Shown here one piece after another: positions 1-9,986 of a DNA stretch of 64,000 nucleotides (the first letter of the stretch is position 1; the number at the start of each line of letters is the position of its first letter). The notes under the pieces were generated by a model. It saw only the letters and a program-made list of their open reading frames with translations. It searched no databases and had not been told where the DNA came from. Origin of the DNA: Candidatus Krumholzibacteriota bacterium (lineage in GTDB: Bacteria; Krumholzibacteriota; Krumholzibacteriia; JAJRXK01); assembly GCA_963764625.1 (NCBI GenBank), contig CAVXTH010000009.1:736001-800000 (forward strand). The letters run 5' to 3'. Both the position numbers and the translations under genes were made by a program.

Positions 1-251
1 GAGGAGTTGGTGCCCCTTCGAGCTGATGGGATTGCAAAATATACGGTTTGCTAGGGTAGGCCAGAGGCCGCGCGCTGGCAAGAGCAAAGCCCTGGGGGGA
101 ACTCGCGGACATTCTCGGACCGGATCTAGAGCCCGGACTGGTAGCGGTCCGAATCCTGCAATCCGCTGCTTGAATTCTGGCGGAGGCCATTCTCGTGCTC
201 GCAATGGTGCGGTCATGGGAATCACCTCACGATTTCTCTCCGTGGCACATC

Positions 252-596
252 ATGCGCATCGTAATCGCGATTCTCCTGCTTTCCTTCCTGGCGCTGCTTC
301 TGGTTGCAACGACGAGCCCCGCACCCTCTTTGGAGGTTCACAATCGTTCAGGGGTCGCCGTCAGGGGTCTGCAGGCCGAGGTCATGGGTTCGCGCCAGGA
401 GCTTCCCGGGCTGAAGGCCGGGGAGGACCTGAAGTTTCCCCTGAAGATCAGGCAGGATGGACAACTCAATCTGGCCGTGACCTTCGGAGACGGCAGGAGG
501 AGTTCAGCCGAGGCGGGCTACTTTACTCCCGCGATGGCGGCGGTAAAGGTCCTCACGATCATCTCGGCCGATTCACTCGCGGTGGAGACCCGTTGA
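252..596 (+). CDS. Small exported or membrane-anchored hypothetical protein
   Basis: ATG at 252 within ORF 195..596; hydrophobic N-terminus MRIVIAILLLSFLALLLVA followed by a beta-rich domain. Confidence 0.65.
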   Translation: MRIVIAILLLSFLALLLVATTSPAPSLEVHNRSGVAVRGLQAEVMGSRQELPGLKAGEDLKFPLKIRQDGQLNLAVTFGDGRRSSAEAGYFTPAMAAVKVLTIISADSLAVETR

Positions 597-606
597 TCTC
601 GTTCGG

Positions 607-635
607 GTGCAGACTGCCGTTTTGCACGTTTTTTT
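607..635 (+). terminator. Possible intrinsic terminator
   Basis: Imperfect stem GTGCAGAC-tgcc-GTTTTGCAC followed by G and T7, just after the stop at 596. Confidence 0.45.
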
Positions 636-824
636 CAGGGATCTCATATGGTGAAATCCAAATTCCTGTACTAGCCTGTTTAAGATCGGAGGCGGGAGAG
701 GATTCCACTGTCCTTTCCTTGCGCTTCCGATTGGCGGGAGGCCCGTTCTTGCCTCACATCTGTGGTCGCCATCCAATGAAGCCGGTTTCCGCTCCCGCCG
801 TGAAGCAGACACAAGGAGGGCGGC

Positions 825-1091
825 ATGGTTGAGTTCGTAACGCCGCCGGCGACGCGCAGTGCGGGACAAAGCCCCACGGTTCCCTTGCTAGAGACACGCC
901 GATCGGACTTGGTGATGCTCTGCGAGTCGAAGTTGCGGTGGGCGGGGATCCGATACACGACGGAAACACTCGCGAATGCGGTTCGTGACGCCGCTGCCTT
1001 GGGCAGCGATGAGCTACGCGTCCGAGTTCCCTCGGAACAACTCGAAGAGGCGAAGCGATTGCTCGCCGCGATCGACGACGAGGTCTTCTGA
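825..1091 (+). CDS. DUF2007-like small protein
   Basis: RBS AAGGAGG; pattern L..aGI...V.V..e..eeA..lL. Confidence 0.65.
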   Translation: MVEFVTPPATRSAGQSPTVPLLETRRSDLVMLCESKLRWAGIRYTTETLANAVRDAAALGSDELRVRVPSEQLEEAKRLLAAIDDEVF

Positions 1092-1103
1092 CGCCAGTTT
1101 CAT

Positions 1104-1976
1104 TCACCGCTGTGGCACACGCGCTGCCACGCGACGTAGTCCCCAGCGCTCGGCAAATTTGTCGAGCGCTTTTCTTTCCGCCCCCAGATAGCGCAGGCCG
1201 GAGGGCTCGAAGGAGAGTGGGATGTCCTGGCGAAGGCGGGCCAGTTTCCGACTGAGATAGGCCTTGTCTCGGTCTTGCTCCAACTTCCGGCGAAGGCTCT
1301 TCGCGCCCCTTACCGGAAGGCCCTCGACCTCGTCCAGGCGCTCGTAGATCGCATCGAGGTCCCCGAACGCGGCGAGCAGGGCGACCGCGCTCTTCTTTCC
1401 GACTCCCCGGACCCCGGGGATGTTGTCGCTGCTGTCTCCCATCAAGGCCAACAGATCCACCACCTGGTCCGAGCGCACCCCGAGCAGGTGTGGAACTTCC
1501 TCGGCGCCGAACTTTCGCCCCTTCGCCAGATCGTAGATCTCAAGTCCCGGCCGCAGGATCTGCGACAGGTCCTTGTCCCCGGTCACCACCTTGACCTGGA
1601 ACCCCTGCTCGAGCAGGCGCGAGGCCATACTGGCCAACAAATCGTCCGCCTCGAACCCCTTCTTCAGGAAGGTGGCAATCCCCATCGCCTTGGTGAGGGC
1701 GGGACAGAGTTCGAACTGAACCGCGAGGTCTTCCGGGGGCTCGCCCCGGTTCGCTTTGTACTCGGGATAGAGCTCGTTGCGGAAGGTGATGCGCCCCGCG
1801 TCGAAGACGACGGCCAAGTGACTCGGGCTCTCGTCTTGCAGGAAGCGTTGCAGGGTCATTCCCAATCCGAAGACCGCGTTCACCGGAGTTCCGTCCGGAG
1901 CTGAGATGGGACGCATGGAATAGTAGGAACGGAAGACGTAGGCAGTGCCGTCCACGAGCCAAGCGGTTTGCGACAT
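1104..1976 (-). CDS. Stand-alone 5'-3' exonuclease / flap endonuclease (PolA N-terminal-like)
   Basis: LVDG..YVFRSYY, FRNELYPEYKANR, EADD, TGDKDL, GDSSDNIPGVRGVG motifs; no polymerase domain. Confidence 0.93.
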   Translation of the reverse strand: MSQTAWLVDGTAYVFRSYYSMRPISAPDGTPVNAVFGLGMTLQRFLQDESPSHLAVVFDAGRITFRNELYPEYKANRGEPPEDLAVQFELCPALTKAMGIATFLKKGFEADDLLASMASRLLEQGFQVKVVTGDKDLSQILRPGLEIYDLAKGRKFGAEEVPHLLGVRSDQVVDLLALMGDSSDNIPGVRGVGKKSAVALLAAFGDLDAIYERLDEVEGLPVRGAKSLRRKLEQDRDKAYLSRKLARLRQDIPLSFEPSGLRYLGAERKALDKFAERWGLRRVAARVPQR

Positions 1977-1980
1977 GCCG

Positions 1981-2850
1981 TCAATCTCCCTGGGGATATT
2001 CGTACACTCCGCGGCCGGTCTTTTTTCCGAGGCGACCCGCCTTGACGTACTGCTCCTGAAGGTAAGTGGGGCGGAAGCGCTCCCCCAGTGATGTGTGCAG
2101 GAAGCGCAAGATGGAGAGCCGCGTGTCCAAACCCACCAGGTCCACGAGTTCGAACGGGCCCATGGGATGGTTGAGTCCGAGCTTCAAGGCCTTGTCGATG
2201 TCGCGGGCAGAGGCGACTCCTTCCTGGAGCATGCGGAACGCCTCGTTTCCAATGAGTGCGTTGACTCGGGTGGTGACGAAGCCGGGAGCCTCGTTCACTT
2301 CCACCGTCTCTTTGCCGATCGCCTGGCAGAAGTCCAGCGCTCGACGACCGGTTGCGTCGCTGGTCTGGAGTCCACGGACTACTTCGACGAGTTTCATGCG
2401 ATGCACCGGATTGAAGAAGTGTAGCCCGATGCAGCGGGAGGGATCTTTCAGAGCGCCGGCCAACTCGGTGACGGAGAGGGCGGAGGTATTGGTGGCCACC
2501 AGGGAAGCGGGGGGAAGATGCTGGTCGAGTTGGACAAAGAGCTGGAGCTTGAGATCGATGCGTTCGGGAATGGCCTCGATGAAGACTTCCGCATCCACGC
2601 AGGCAGCGGCGAGATCATCGGTGGTGTGGAGTCGCAACAAGGTGGCGTCCCGCTGGGAAGCGTCGATTCTGCCCCTTTCTGCCGCCCGGTCGAGCCTGGC
2701 ACGGATCCCCTCGAGTGCGCGATCGAGTTGCTCATGGGCAATGTCGTAGAGGACGGTTTCGAATCCGGCCGCGGCGGCCACCTGGGCGATCCCCAGGCCC
2801 ATCGTCCCGCTGCCGACCACCGCCACGCGGCGGGTTTCAAGGTCTGCCAT
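1981..2850 (-). CDS. 3-hydroxyacyl-CoA dehydrogenase (Hbd/PaaH family)
   Basis: GSGTMG, NTSALS, GLHFFNP, HPMGPFEL.DLVGLD, GRLGKKTGRG. Confidence 0.93.
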   Translation of the reverse strand: MADLETRRVAVVGSGTMGLGIAQVAAAAGFETVLYDIAHEQLDRALEGIRARLDRAAERGRIDASQRDATLLRLHTTDDLAAACVDAEVFIEAIPERIDLKLQLFVQLDQHLPPASLVATNTSALSVTELAGALKDPSRCIGLHFFNPVHRMKLVEVVRGLQTSDATGRRALDFCQAIGKETVEVNEAPGFVTTRVNALIGNEAFRMLQEGVASARDIDKALKLGLNHPMGPFELVDLVGLDTRLSILRFLHTSLGERFRPTYLQEQYVKAGRLGKKTGRGVYEYPQGD

Positions 2851-3050
2851 GGAGTGGCAACCTCCTAAAAGAGAGCGCTTTCTCGAGAGAATGCAGGGTA
2901 CTCCAGAGTCCGGCTCGACTCAAGCCGAGCGCCCGGAGCTCTTGTTGTCGGCAAGCGCTGTGATTACACTGCCCTCTGTCCTTCGCCGCGATTCCCGGCT
3001 CGTGCCGGACCTGCGCGCGGCCCTTTCCATCGTTTTCCGAGGTGAGCTGA

Positions 3051-3842
3051 ATGAGCGACCGAACTCTGGTCAAATACGAGAAAGACGGTGGTGTTGCCGT
3101 CATCGCTTTGTGCGACCCGCCCGCCAATACCTACACCTACGAAATGAACCTTCAGTTCGACGACTGCATTCTTCAGGCCCGGATGGACAACGACGTCCAC
3201 GTCATCGTCATCCGGGGGGACGGGGAGAAGTTCTTCTCGGCTGGGGCTAACATCAACATGCTCAACGAGGTGGATCCCACCTTCAAGTACTACTTCTGTT
3301 TGCACGCAAACGAGATGCTGAACCGCCTGGAGCACACTCCCAAGCTGGTCATCGCCGCCCTGAACGGCCACACGGTGGGTGGTGGACTCGAGTTCGCGAT
3401 GGCTTGTGACATGCGAATCGCCAAGAAAAACGGCGGCAAGATCGGACTTCCAGAAGTGGGACTCGGGGTCCTTCCCGGCACGGGTGGAACGCAACGGCTG
3501 ACGCGCCTCATCGGCAAGCACAAGGCTCTCGAGCTGATGGTAACCGGACGGACCATGGAATTCGACGAAGCGAAGGAACTGGGGATCGTCAACCAGATCT
3601 TCGAGAGGGACACCTTCTGGGAAGACGTGATGGCCTACGCGAAGCAGTTTTGCCCGCCCAACAAGGCCAGCAAGGCGGTAGGCAGGATCAAGCGCTGCTG
3701 CCAGAGCGGTCCGGAGATTCCCTTCAGCGAGGCCCTCTCGATCGAGCGCGAGTTGCAGCAGCAGCTCTTCCAGAGTTCGGACGCCAAAGAGGGGATCGCG
3801 GCCTACGTACAGAAGCGCGTGGCCAAGTTCAGCGGGAATTAG
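3051..3842 (+). CDS. Enoyl-CoA hydratase/isomerase family protein
   Basis: FFSAGAN, GHTVGGGLE, GLPEVGLGVLPGTGGTQRL; both catalytic Glu are present. Confidence 0.92.
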   Translation: MSDRTLVKYEKDGGVAVIALCDPPANTYTYEMNLQFDDCILQARMDNDVHVIVIRGDGEKFFSAGANINMLNEVDPTFKYYFCLHANEMLNRLEHTPKLVIAALNGHTVGGGLEFAMACDMRIAKKNGGKIGLPEVGLGVLPGTGGTQRLTRLIGKHKALELMVTGRTMEFDEAKELGIVNQIFERDTFWEDVMAYAKQFCPPNKASKAVGRIKRCCQSGPEIPFSEALSIERELQQQLFQSSDAKEGIAAYVQKRVAKFSGN

Positions 3843-3875
3843 AGAGCGAATAATCAGGCGAGGTTCGGGCGGAAG

Positions 3876-4617
3876 CTATTGGTTCTGCCCGAACATCACT
3901 CCCATCCTAGCGCCCACGAACCCTCCATCGAACTCGTTCAATCCGTCGAGTCCGGACCAACGCCAGCCCAGTTCCACTCCCAGAGCCAAGGACTCGCTGG
4001 CGTAGAATTCGATTCCACTCAACAGATGGAAGTCTCCCTGGTCCTGGCGGCTGGTGATGCGCTGCCCGGTGCCCTGCGCTAGCCAGTGCGCCTCACCGTG
4101 GGCCAGTCCTCCCCCGAATCCCAGGTAGGCCGCACCGGTGAACCAGTTTCGATAGGCCCGCAGATTGAACCCCGCGCCGTAGACCTTGCTGTCGAGACTT
4201 TCGAGGAGGGTCGGGCCCAGGCTCTCCGTGTAGCCGTACATTACGCTATAGGGCGTTTCGATGCTTCGGTACAGGCCGTAGGGTTCCAGGCTCAGACCGT
4301 GCCCCAGGTTGATTTCGATGCCCCCGTAGCCGTAATACCCGAATTTCCTGACGGAGTAACTCAGTTCGTAGCTCGAGTAGTACCCACCGGGGGCGCTGAT
4401 GGACGAGGGCCGGTCGCGGGCATCCCACGCACGGTAGGCGCCGTGCCCACCGAGGGCACCGTTGAGGCGCACCGACCATGGGTTGCCCTGGGCTTGGTAA
4501 TACGAGCTGGGTTCTCCGGCCATCGCCTTTGTAGAGGCCACGGGCCGTACTAGAAGAGGCGCTGAGACACAGAAGGGCGAGCAATACGGTTGCGCGCACC
4601 ATCATTCGGCGCACCAT
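3876..4617 (-). CDS. Outer-membrane beta-barrel protein, split by a frameshift near 4545-4560
   Basis: Signal peptide MMVRATVLLALLCLSA is in one frame; the Gly/aromatic barrel (YLGFGGGLA, LSGIEFY, GARMGVMF) is in the adjacent frame (ORF 3876..4541). Confidence 0.7.
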
Positions 4618-4710
4618 CAGGGGACCTCCCTGGACTGGCAGTCAGGGGCGACGACAGCCGGGACCGTTTCAACATAGGGCATTCGAGGTGTCGTGAAAAG
4701 GGCAGTCGGC

Positions 4711-5523
4711 TCAGCCGTTGCCGAAATTCCTCTCGAAGGCGGGCCGCCGCTTCTGACTGAAGGCGGTGATTCCCTCGGCCGATTCGGGAGAATTCCAGCA
4801 CTGCCGCTGGGCTTCGCACTCGAATTCCAGCATTCCCGCAAGATCGTTGTCCAGGCTGCCGTAGACGGCCATCTTGATCAGTCGAGCCGCGGTGGCGGGC
4901 GCCGCGGCGAGCCTGGCGGCCATGCGCTTGGTATTCTCACGCAGATGGGAAGAAGGCACCACCTGGTGCACGAGTCCGATCTCGAGTGCCTCCTCCGCCT
5001 CGACGCGCTTGCCGGTGAGCATCATCTCCAGCGCCCTTCCCTGTCCGATGAGCCGGGGCAAGAAGTACGTTCCTCCCCAGTCGGGGTGAAGCCCTACTTT
5101 GATGAAGCTCTGGGTGAAGACGGCGTATTCACCCGCGATGCGCAGGTCGCACGCAAGCGCCAGGTTGCAACCGGCTCCGGCCGCGACGCCGTTGACCATG
5201 GCGATGATCGGTTTGGGGCACTCGTGAATCACCGTGACCACGTGCCGTCCTTGATCGAGCAGGGGACGCAACTCTTCGAATCCCGCGCTCTTGGACTTGA
5301 GCTTCGCCATGTGCTTGAGATCTCCGCCTGTGCAGAATGCTTTTCCCGAACCGGTGATCACGATGGCGTGAACCTGGGGGCTTTCTTGCGCGTCGAGAAT
5401 CGCGTGCAGCAATTCCTCTCTCATGTTGCCGGAGAACGAGTTGAGCTGGTTGGGCCGGTTGAGGGTGATCCAGGCCACCGCGTCTTCCCGCTCGTAGAGG
5501 ATGGTCTCGAATTGCATGGCCAT
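4711..5523 (-). CDS. Enoyl-CoA hydratase/isomerase, PaaG-like
   Basis: ATG at 5523 (MAMQFETILYE); LNRP, FCTGGDL, GAGCNLALACD, GLHPDWGGTYFLPRL (Asp-type active site). Confidence 0.9.
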   Translation of the reverse strand: MAMQFETILYEREDAVAWITLNRPNQLNSFSGNMREELLHAILDAQESPQVHAIVITGSGKAFCTGGDLKHMAKLKSKSAGFEELRPLLDQGRHVVTVIHECPKPIIAMVNGVAAGAGCNLALACDLRIAGEYAVFTQSFIKVGLHPDWGGTYFLPRLIGQGRALEMMLTGKRVEAEEALEIGLVHQVVPSSHLRENTKRMAARLAAAPATAARLIKMAVYGSLDNDLAGMLEFECEAQRQCWNSPESAEGITAFSQKRRPAFERNFGNG

Positions 5524-5536
5524 GACGGTCTCCGCT

Positions 5537-7009
5537 TCAGTCGAGGTGAGTCCAGACGGTTTTGCTTTCGGTGTACGACAAGAGACCTTCCCGGCCGAGC
5601 TCTCGGCCGAAGCCGCTCTGCTTGAATCCCCCGAAGGGGGCGCTCGGATCGTAGAGATTGTAGGTGTTGATCCACACGGTGCCGGCACGCAGCCGCCGCG
5701 CGAATCGATGGGCCCGAGCGACGTCTCTCGTCCAGACCGCCGAGGCGAGACCGTACATGCTGTCGTTCGCGATTCGCAGCGCTTCGTCTTCATCCTCGAA
5801 GGGAATGCAAGCCAGCACCGGCCCGAAAATTTCCTCGCGAGCGATTTTCATCGTGCTGTTCACGTCGCGAAAGACGGTGGGGCGGATGAAGTAGCCCCCG
5901 CTGTCTTGCAGGACCCGTTCGCCCCCGGCGATGAGCTTGGCGCTTTCGTTCTTGCCCGACTCGATGTAGTCCAAGACGGACTGCATCTGTGCTTCGCTCA
6001 CGACCGGGCCCATTCGCGTATTCTTGTCGAAGGGATCTCCCACCGTCATCTGCTCCGCCTTCTCGGCCAGCTTGGCGGTGAATTCCTCGTAGATGCTCCT
6101 CTGTACGAGCAGACGACTTCCCGCCGCGCAGACCTCTCCCTTGTTGTAGAAGATGCCGGTGAGCGCGCCGCGGAGAGCAGCCTTGGTATCGGCGTCGTCG
6201 AAGACGACGTTCGGCGACTTGCCGCCCAGCTCGACGCTGACCCGCTTGATGGTGGCGCTCGCGGCGGCGACGATTCCTCGGCCGACATCGGTGGAACCGG
6301 TGAAGGCGATCTTGTCCACTCCCTGGTGTTGCACCAGGCCTTGCCCGAGCACGCTGCCCTTTCCGGGGAGAATGTTCACCACCCCCGGCGGCACCCCGGC
6401 CTCGTTGCAGATCTCCCCGAAGCGCAATGCGGTGAGGGAGGAGATTTGCGCCGGTTTGAGAATCATGGTGCACCCGGCCGCCAGAGCCGGAGCCATCTTC
6501 CAGGAGGCGAGCAGGAAGGGGAAGTTCCAGGGCGTGATCATACCGACCACTCCCACTGGCTCTCGGAGGGTGTAGACGAATCCCGTGGCGGAGGGAAGCG
6601 TCTCGCCTGCCAGCTTGTCGGCCCATCCGCCGTAGTACCGGTACAGACTGGCCGCGAAGGGGATCTCGATCTTGCCCGAGTCGAAGAGTGTCTTGCCCGT
6701 GTCCAGAGACTCCAGAACTGCCATCTCCGCGGAGTGCTTCTCCAACAGCTCGGCCAATTTCAGCAGGATCCGGCCCCGGCTTGCCGGCGCCATCTTGGGC
6801 CAGGGACCCTCATCGAAGGCCTTGCGCGCGGCGTTCACCGCGGCTTCGAGCTCGCTTGCCCCCGCGGCCGCGATCTCGCATTGGATCTTGCCGGTGGCTG
6901 GATTGATGGAGGGAAAGAGGGACTCCTGGTGTGGCTGGACGTATTCCCCGTTCACGAAGGGAAGTCCTGGAGAAAAGCGCTGCAAATTCGTCGTGGGGTC
7001 GTGACTCAT
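5537..7009 (-). CDS. NAD-dependent aldehyde dehydrogenase
   Basis: PWNFP, FTGST, ELGGKSP, catalytic Cys in GEVCAAGSR, EEIFGPV, GGFKQSG. Confidence 0.95.
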   Translation of the reverse strand: MSHDPTTNLQRFSPGLPFVNGEYVQPHQESLFPSINPATGKIQCEIAAAGASELEAAVNAARKAFDEGPWPKMAPASRGRILLKLAELLEKHSAEMAVLESLDTGKTLFDSGKIEIPFAASLYRYYGGWADKLAGETLPSATGFVYTLREPVGVVGMITPWNFPFLLASWKMAPALAAGCTMILKPAQISSLTALRFGEICNEAGVPPGVVNILPGKGSVLGQGLVQHQGVDKIAFTGSTDVGRGIVAAASATIKRVSVELGGKSPNVVFDDADTKAALRGALTGIFYNKGEVCAAGSRLLVQRSIYEEFTAKLAEKAEQMTVGDPFDKNTRMGPVVSEAQMQSVLDYIESGKNESAKLIAGGERVLQDSGGYFIRPTVFRDVNSTMKIAREEIFGPVLACIPFEDEDEALRIANDSMYGLASAVWTRDVARAHRFARRLRAGTVWINTYNLYDPSAPFGGFKQSGFGRELGREGLLSYTESKTVWTHLD

Positions 7010-7010
7010 C

Positions 7011-7823
7011 TCAACCGACGACCTCCTCGCCACCGTCGACGCCGATGATGTTTCCGCTCACGAACGCGCAATCGTCACTCGCGAGCGCAGAGAGCGCCTT
7101 CGCGATGTCTTCGGGCATCGTGAGTCTTCCCGTGGGATTCCGCCGCCGCGCCTCCTCGAGAAGCAGCTCGTGCCCGGGGATCTTGCGCAGCGCGGGCGTG
7201 TCAGTGACTCCTGCTCTGATCGTGTTGGCGCGGATGCCGAAGGGCGCCAGTTCGAAGGCCAGCTGGCGGATATGCGATTCGAGCGCCGATTTCGCGGCCG
7301 AGACCGCGCCGTAGGTGGGGATGACCCGGGTGCTGCCGCTGGAGGTCATGGCGAAGATGCTGCCGCCCTGACCCATCAGCTTCCTTTCGACCAGACCCTG
7401 GGCCCAGTAGGCGAGGGAGTGGGCCATGACGTCGACGGTCATCTCCACGTTTCTCTGGGTGAGCTGAGCCTCGCCCTCTTCGTTCACGAAGGGTTTCAGG
7501 GTCCCGAAGGCCAGCGAGTGCAGAAAGACCTTCACGCTCCCGATCGCCTTGTCACCCTGATAGGCCATGAAATCGTCGAGCGCCTTGCTCCGCTCTTCCT
7601 CGTCGGCCGCGTTCATGTTCACCAGCCAGGCCTCGCGGTCCTGGGCCAGGATGTCCTCCTTGACCTGGTCGACCAGGTGGAGGGTGGCGCGCCGGTCGAG
7701 GTGGACGCCAAAGATGTGCATGCCTTTGGACGCCAGGATCCGGGCGGTTGCGGCTCCAAATCCGCTGCTGACCCCGAGGATCAAGGCCCAGCGATCTTGA
7801 AGGTCAGGCGAGAATTCGCTCAC
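7011..7823 (-). CDS. SDR oxidoreductase, enoyl-ACP reductase (FabL/FabI)-like
   Basis: LGVSSGFG, YGAVSAAK (Y-x6-K), GVTDTPAL, VDGG. Confidence 0.85.
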   Translation of the reverse strand: MSEFSPDLQDRWALILGVSSGFGAATARILASKGMHIFGVHLDRRATLHLVDQVKEDILAQDREAWLVNMNAADEEERSKALDDFMAYQGDKAIGSVKVFLHSLAFGTLKPFVNEEGEAQLTQRNVEMTVDVMAHSLAYWAQGLVERKLMGQGGSIFAMTSSGSTRVIPTYGAVSAAKSALESHIRQLAFELAPFGIRANTIRAGVTDTPALRKIPGHELLLEEARRRNPTGRLTMPEDIAKALSALASDDCAFVSGNIIGVDGGEEVVG

Positions 7824-8163
7824 GATGATTCCTTTTCTTGCGTCGGGGAGTAGAGGTCTGCCGCGTGGACACGAGCTGGCTGGAGTCTAACGACCGTTGC
7901 GGGGTTCCGCCAAGTCCCGGGATGGAAGAAACGCTCTTCGCGCGGCTGAACCCGCGGACGGCCACTTCTTTCGCGGTGCGCGGCAGACGCGCGGGTGGCA
8001 CGGACCGCTCTTGCCGCGGCGGCCGGCGGCCTATAGTCTCCAGCTCAGGAGTGCTGGGTCCCAGTTATGGAGAAAAAGCGCCGAATGTGGTTTTCTCCGG
8101 TCCGTCGCTTGCCTGCTCCGCGCTCACAGTTTCGTACGGAACCCTCTTTCCCCAGCACGCACC

Positions 8164-8781
8164 GTGAAAGCAAGCCTGAAACGAGTCGGCAACTTCCTGG
8201 CCTTCCTTCTCACCGCGCCGGTCGTGCTCGTCACGCGTGCTCTCTATGCGATGGGCGGCGATCGCGTCCAGGTCTTCGCGTGGGTTTCGCAGTGGGCCTC
8301 GAGCTGGTGGGGACCGCTGGGATCCTATTGCCGCCGCGCCCTGTATCAACGCCTCCTCGACGAGTGCGCCGCTGACGCCTGCATTTCCTACGGCACCATC
8401 TTCAGTCGCCCCGGCGCTCGTTTGGGCCGGCGGGTGTATGTGGGAGCGTTCTGTAACATCGGACTCGCCCATCTGGAGGACGACGTTCTGTTGGGATCGA
8501 ACGTGCACGTGCTCTCGGGGAAGAAGCAGCACGAATTCGATCGATACGATGTACCGATTCGCGAGCAGGGAGGGCGTTTCGAACTGGTGCGCATCGGAAA
8601 GGGAAGCTGGTTGGGCAACGCTTCGATCGTGATGGCGGATGTGGGAGAAGGATGTGTGGTGGCGGCGGGAAGCGTGGTGACCCGACCGGTAGCGGATGGT
8701 GCGATCGTGGGCGGCAACCCGGCGCGAGTTCTGGGGCAGCGAGGTGGCGCCACCTCGCAGGACGCGGAGGAGGTTTCATGA
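8164..8781 (+). CDS. Hexapeptide-repeat O-acyltransferase
   Basis: GTG start; repeats IGKGSWLG, VGEGCVVAAGSVV; C-terminal GNPAR. Confidence 0.88.
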   Translation: MKASLKRVGNFLAFLLTAPVVLVTRALYAMGGDRVQVFAWVSQWASSWWGPLGSYCRRALYQRLLDECAADACISYGTIFSRPGARLGRRVYVGAFCNIGLAHLEDDVLLGSNVHVLSGKKQHEFDRYDVPIREQGGRFELVRIGKGSWLGNASIVMADVGEGCVVAAGSVVTRPVADGAIVGGNPARVLGQRGGATSQDAEEVS

Positions 8782-9986
8782 GCTTCGAGGACACCACCAC
8801 CCTCGCCCCGCCGGTGGAGGAAACAGCGGAGGGAGTGAGGGCGCGTCGCGTCTTGCTGGTGACCGAGTGGTTCCTGCCCTACGTGGGTGGCTCGGTGAAC
8901 CTCTTCGTCAACGCCTGTCAGCAGTATCCTCAGGGAGCGGTCCACGTTCTCACCGGAATTCCCGATGCCGGGGTGGGGACCGAGGGACCGGCTTCGCCGT
9001 TTCCCACCACCCGGGTCAGCCTCGAGCGCTACGAGTTTCTCAAGCCCGAGTCCCTCGTTCTCTACCTGCGCATGACCCTGGCCGCCCTTCGGTTGCGTTT
9101 CAGTTTCCGGCCCGAGATTCTGCACTGCGGGCACGTCCTCCCCGAGGCGATCGTGGCCTGGATCTACAAGAAATTGTTCAGGGTGCCCTATCTCGTCTAT
9201 GTCCACGGTGAAGAGGTGGCGATCCAGCGGCATTACAAATGGAAGCGGCGTCTCATGCCCAGACTCTACAACGCCGCGGCCGCGGTGGTGGCCAACTCGA
9301 ACAACAGCCGGAATCTCCTGGTCGAACTAGGAGTCGACCCCGAGCTCGTTCGAGTCATCCATCCCGGAGTCGAACTCACTCGTTTCAAAGGCGAGCCGCG
9401 TCAGCCCGACGGTGAAATCCGAATTCTGAGCGTGGGACGCTTGTGGCCACGCAAGGGTCACGAACAGGTACTGCGGGCGCTCGTTCCCCTGAAGGAACGC
9501 CTTCCCCGACTGCGCTACTGGATCGCGGGCACCGGAGGCAAGGAGCCCGAGCTGAGGAAGCTGTGTACGGAACTTGGACTGGACGAGATCGTGAGATTTC
9601 TGGGCTACGTTCCCGAGGAAGAGCTGCCGGGTCTCTATCGTCAGTGCGATCTTTTCGTTCTCGCGAACCGGCGGCTCAGCAGCGACGACATGGAGGGTTT
9701 CGGGATCGTCTTCCTGGAGGCGGCCGCCTCCGGATTGCCCGTGGTGGGGGGAATCACCGGTGGAGTACCCGATGCCGTCAACGACGGAATGAACGGTCTT
9801 CTGGTGGATACCGAGAACATCGATGCCTTGGCGGAAGCCCTCGGGCGACTCGCCCAGGACGAGGAGCTTCGTCTCAGGATGGGACGAGAGAGCCGCCGCT
9901 GGGCTGAGGGATTCAGTTGGAGTCGGTTCGCGAGCCGGATCCGTCGCTTGAGCGATCAGGTTGCGCGGGCACCGAGTTCGCGGTAG
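8778..9986 (+). CDS. Glycosyltransferase family 4 (PimB-like)
   Basis: SVGRL.PRKG, EGFGIVFLEAAASG; ATGA overlap with upstream gene. Confidence 0.93.
   Translation: MSFEDTTTLAPPVEETAEGVRARRVLLVTEWFLPYVGGSVNLFVNACQQYPQGAVHVLTGIPDAGVGTEGPASPFPTTRVSLERYEFLKPESLVLYLRMTLAALRLRFSFRPEILHCGHVLPEAIVAWIYKKLFRVPYLVYVHGEEVAIQRHYKWKRRLMPRLYNAAAAVVANSNNSRNLLVELGVDPELVRVIHPGVELTRFKGEPRQPDGEIRILSVGRLWPRKGHEQVLRALVPLKERLPRLRYWIAGTGGKEPELRKLCTELGLDEIVRFLGYVPEEELPGLYRQCDLFVLANRRLSSDDMEGFGIVFLEAAASGLPVVGGITGGVPDAVNDGMNGLLVDTENIDALAEALGRLAQDEELRLRMGRESRRWAEGFSWSRFASRIRRLSDQVARAPSSR

Noticed and set aside
111-156. Inverted repeat TCGGACCG...CGGTCCGA
   Set aside because: Long loop, no U-tract and no recognisable RNA family
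4594-4619. Direct repeat GCGCACCATCA x2
   Set aside because: Only two short copies, encoding MVR..MVR at the OMP start; not an array
5501-7048. Long antisense ORFs (5501..7048, 39276..41555, 46512..47900, 23752..24987, 62966..63964 and others)
   Set aside because: They are shadow frames opposite well-supported genes, expected in high-GC DNA, and show no family motifs
7996-8014. TGGCACG...TTGC upstream of the acyltransferase
   Set aside because: GG-to-GC spacing is too long for sigma54
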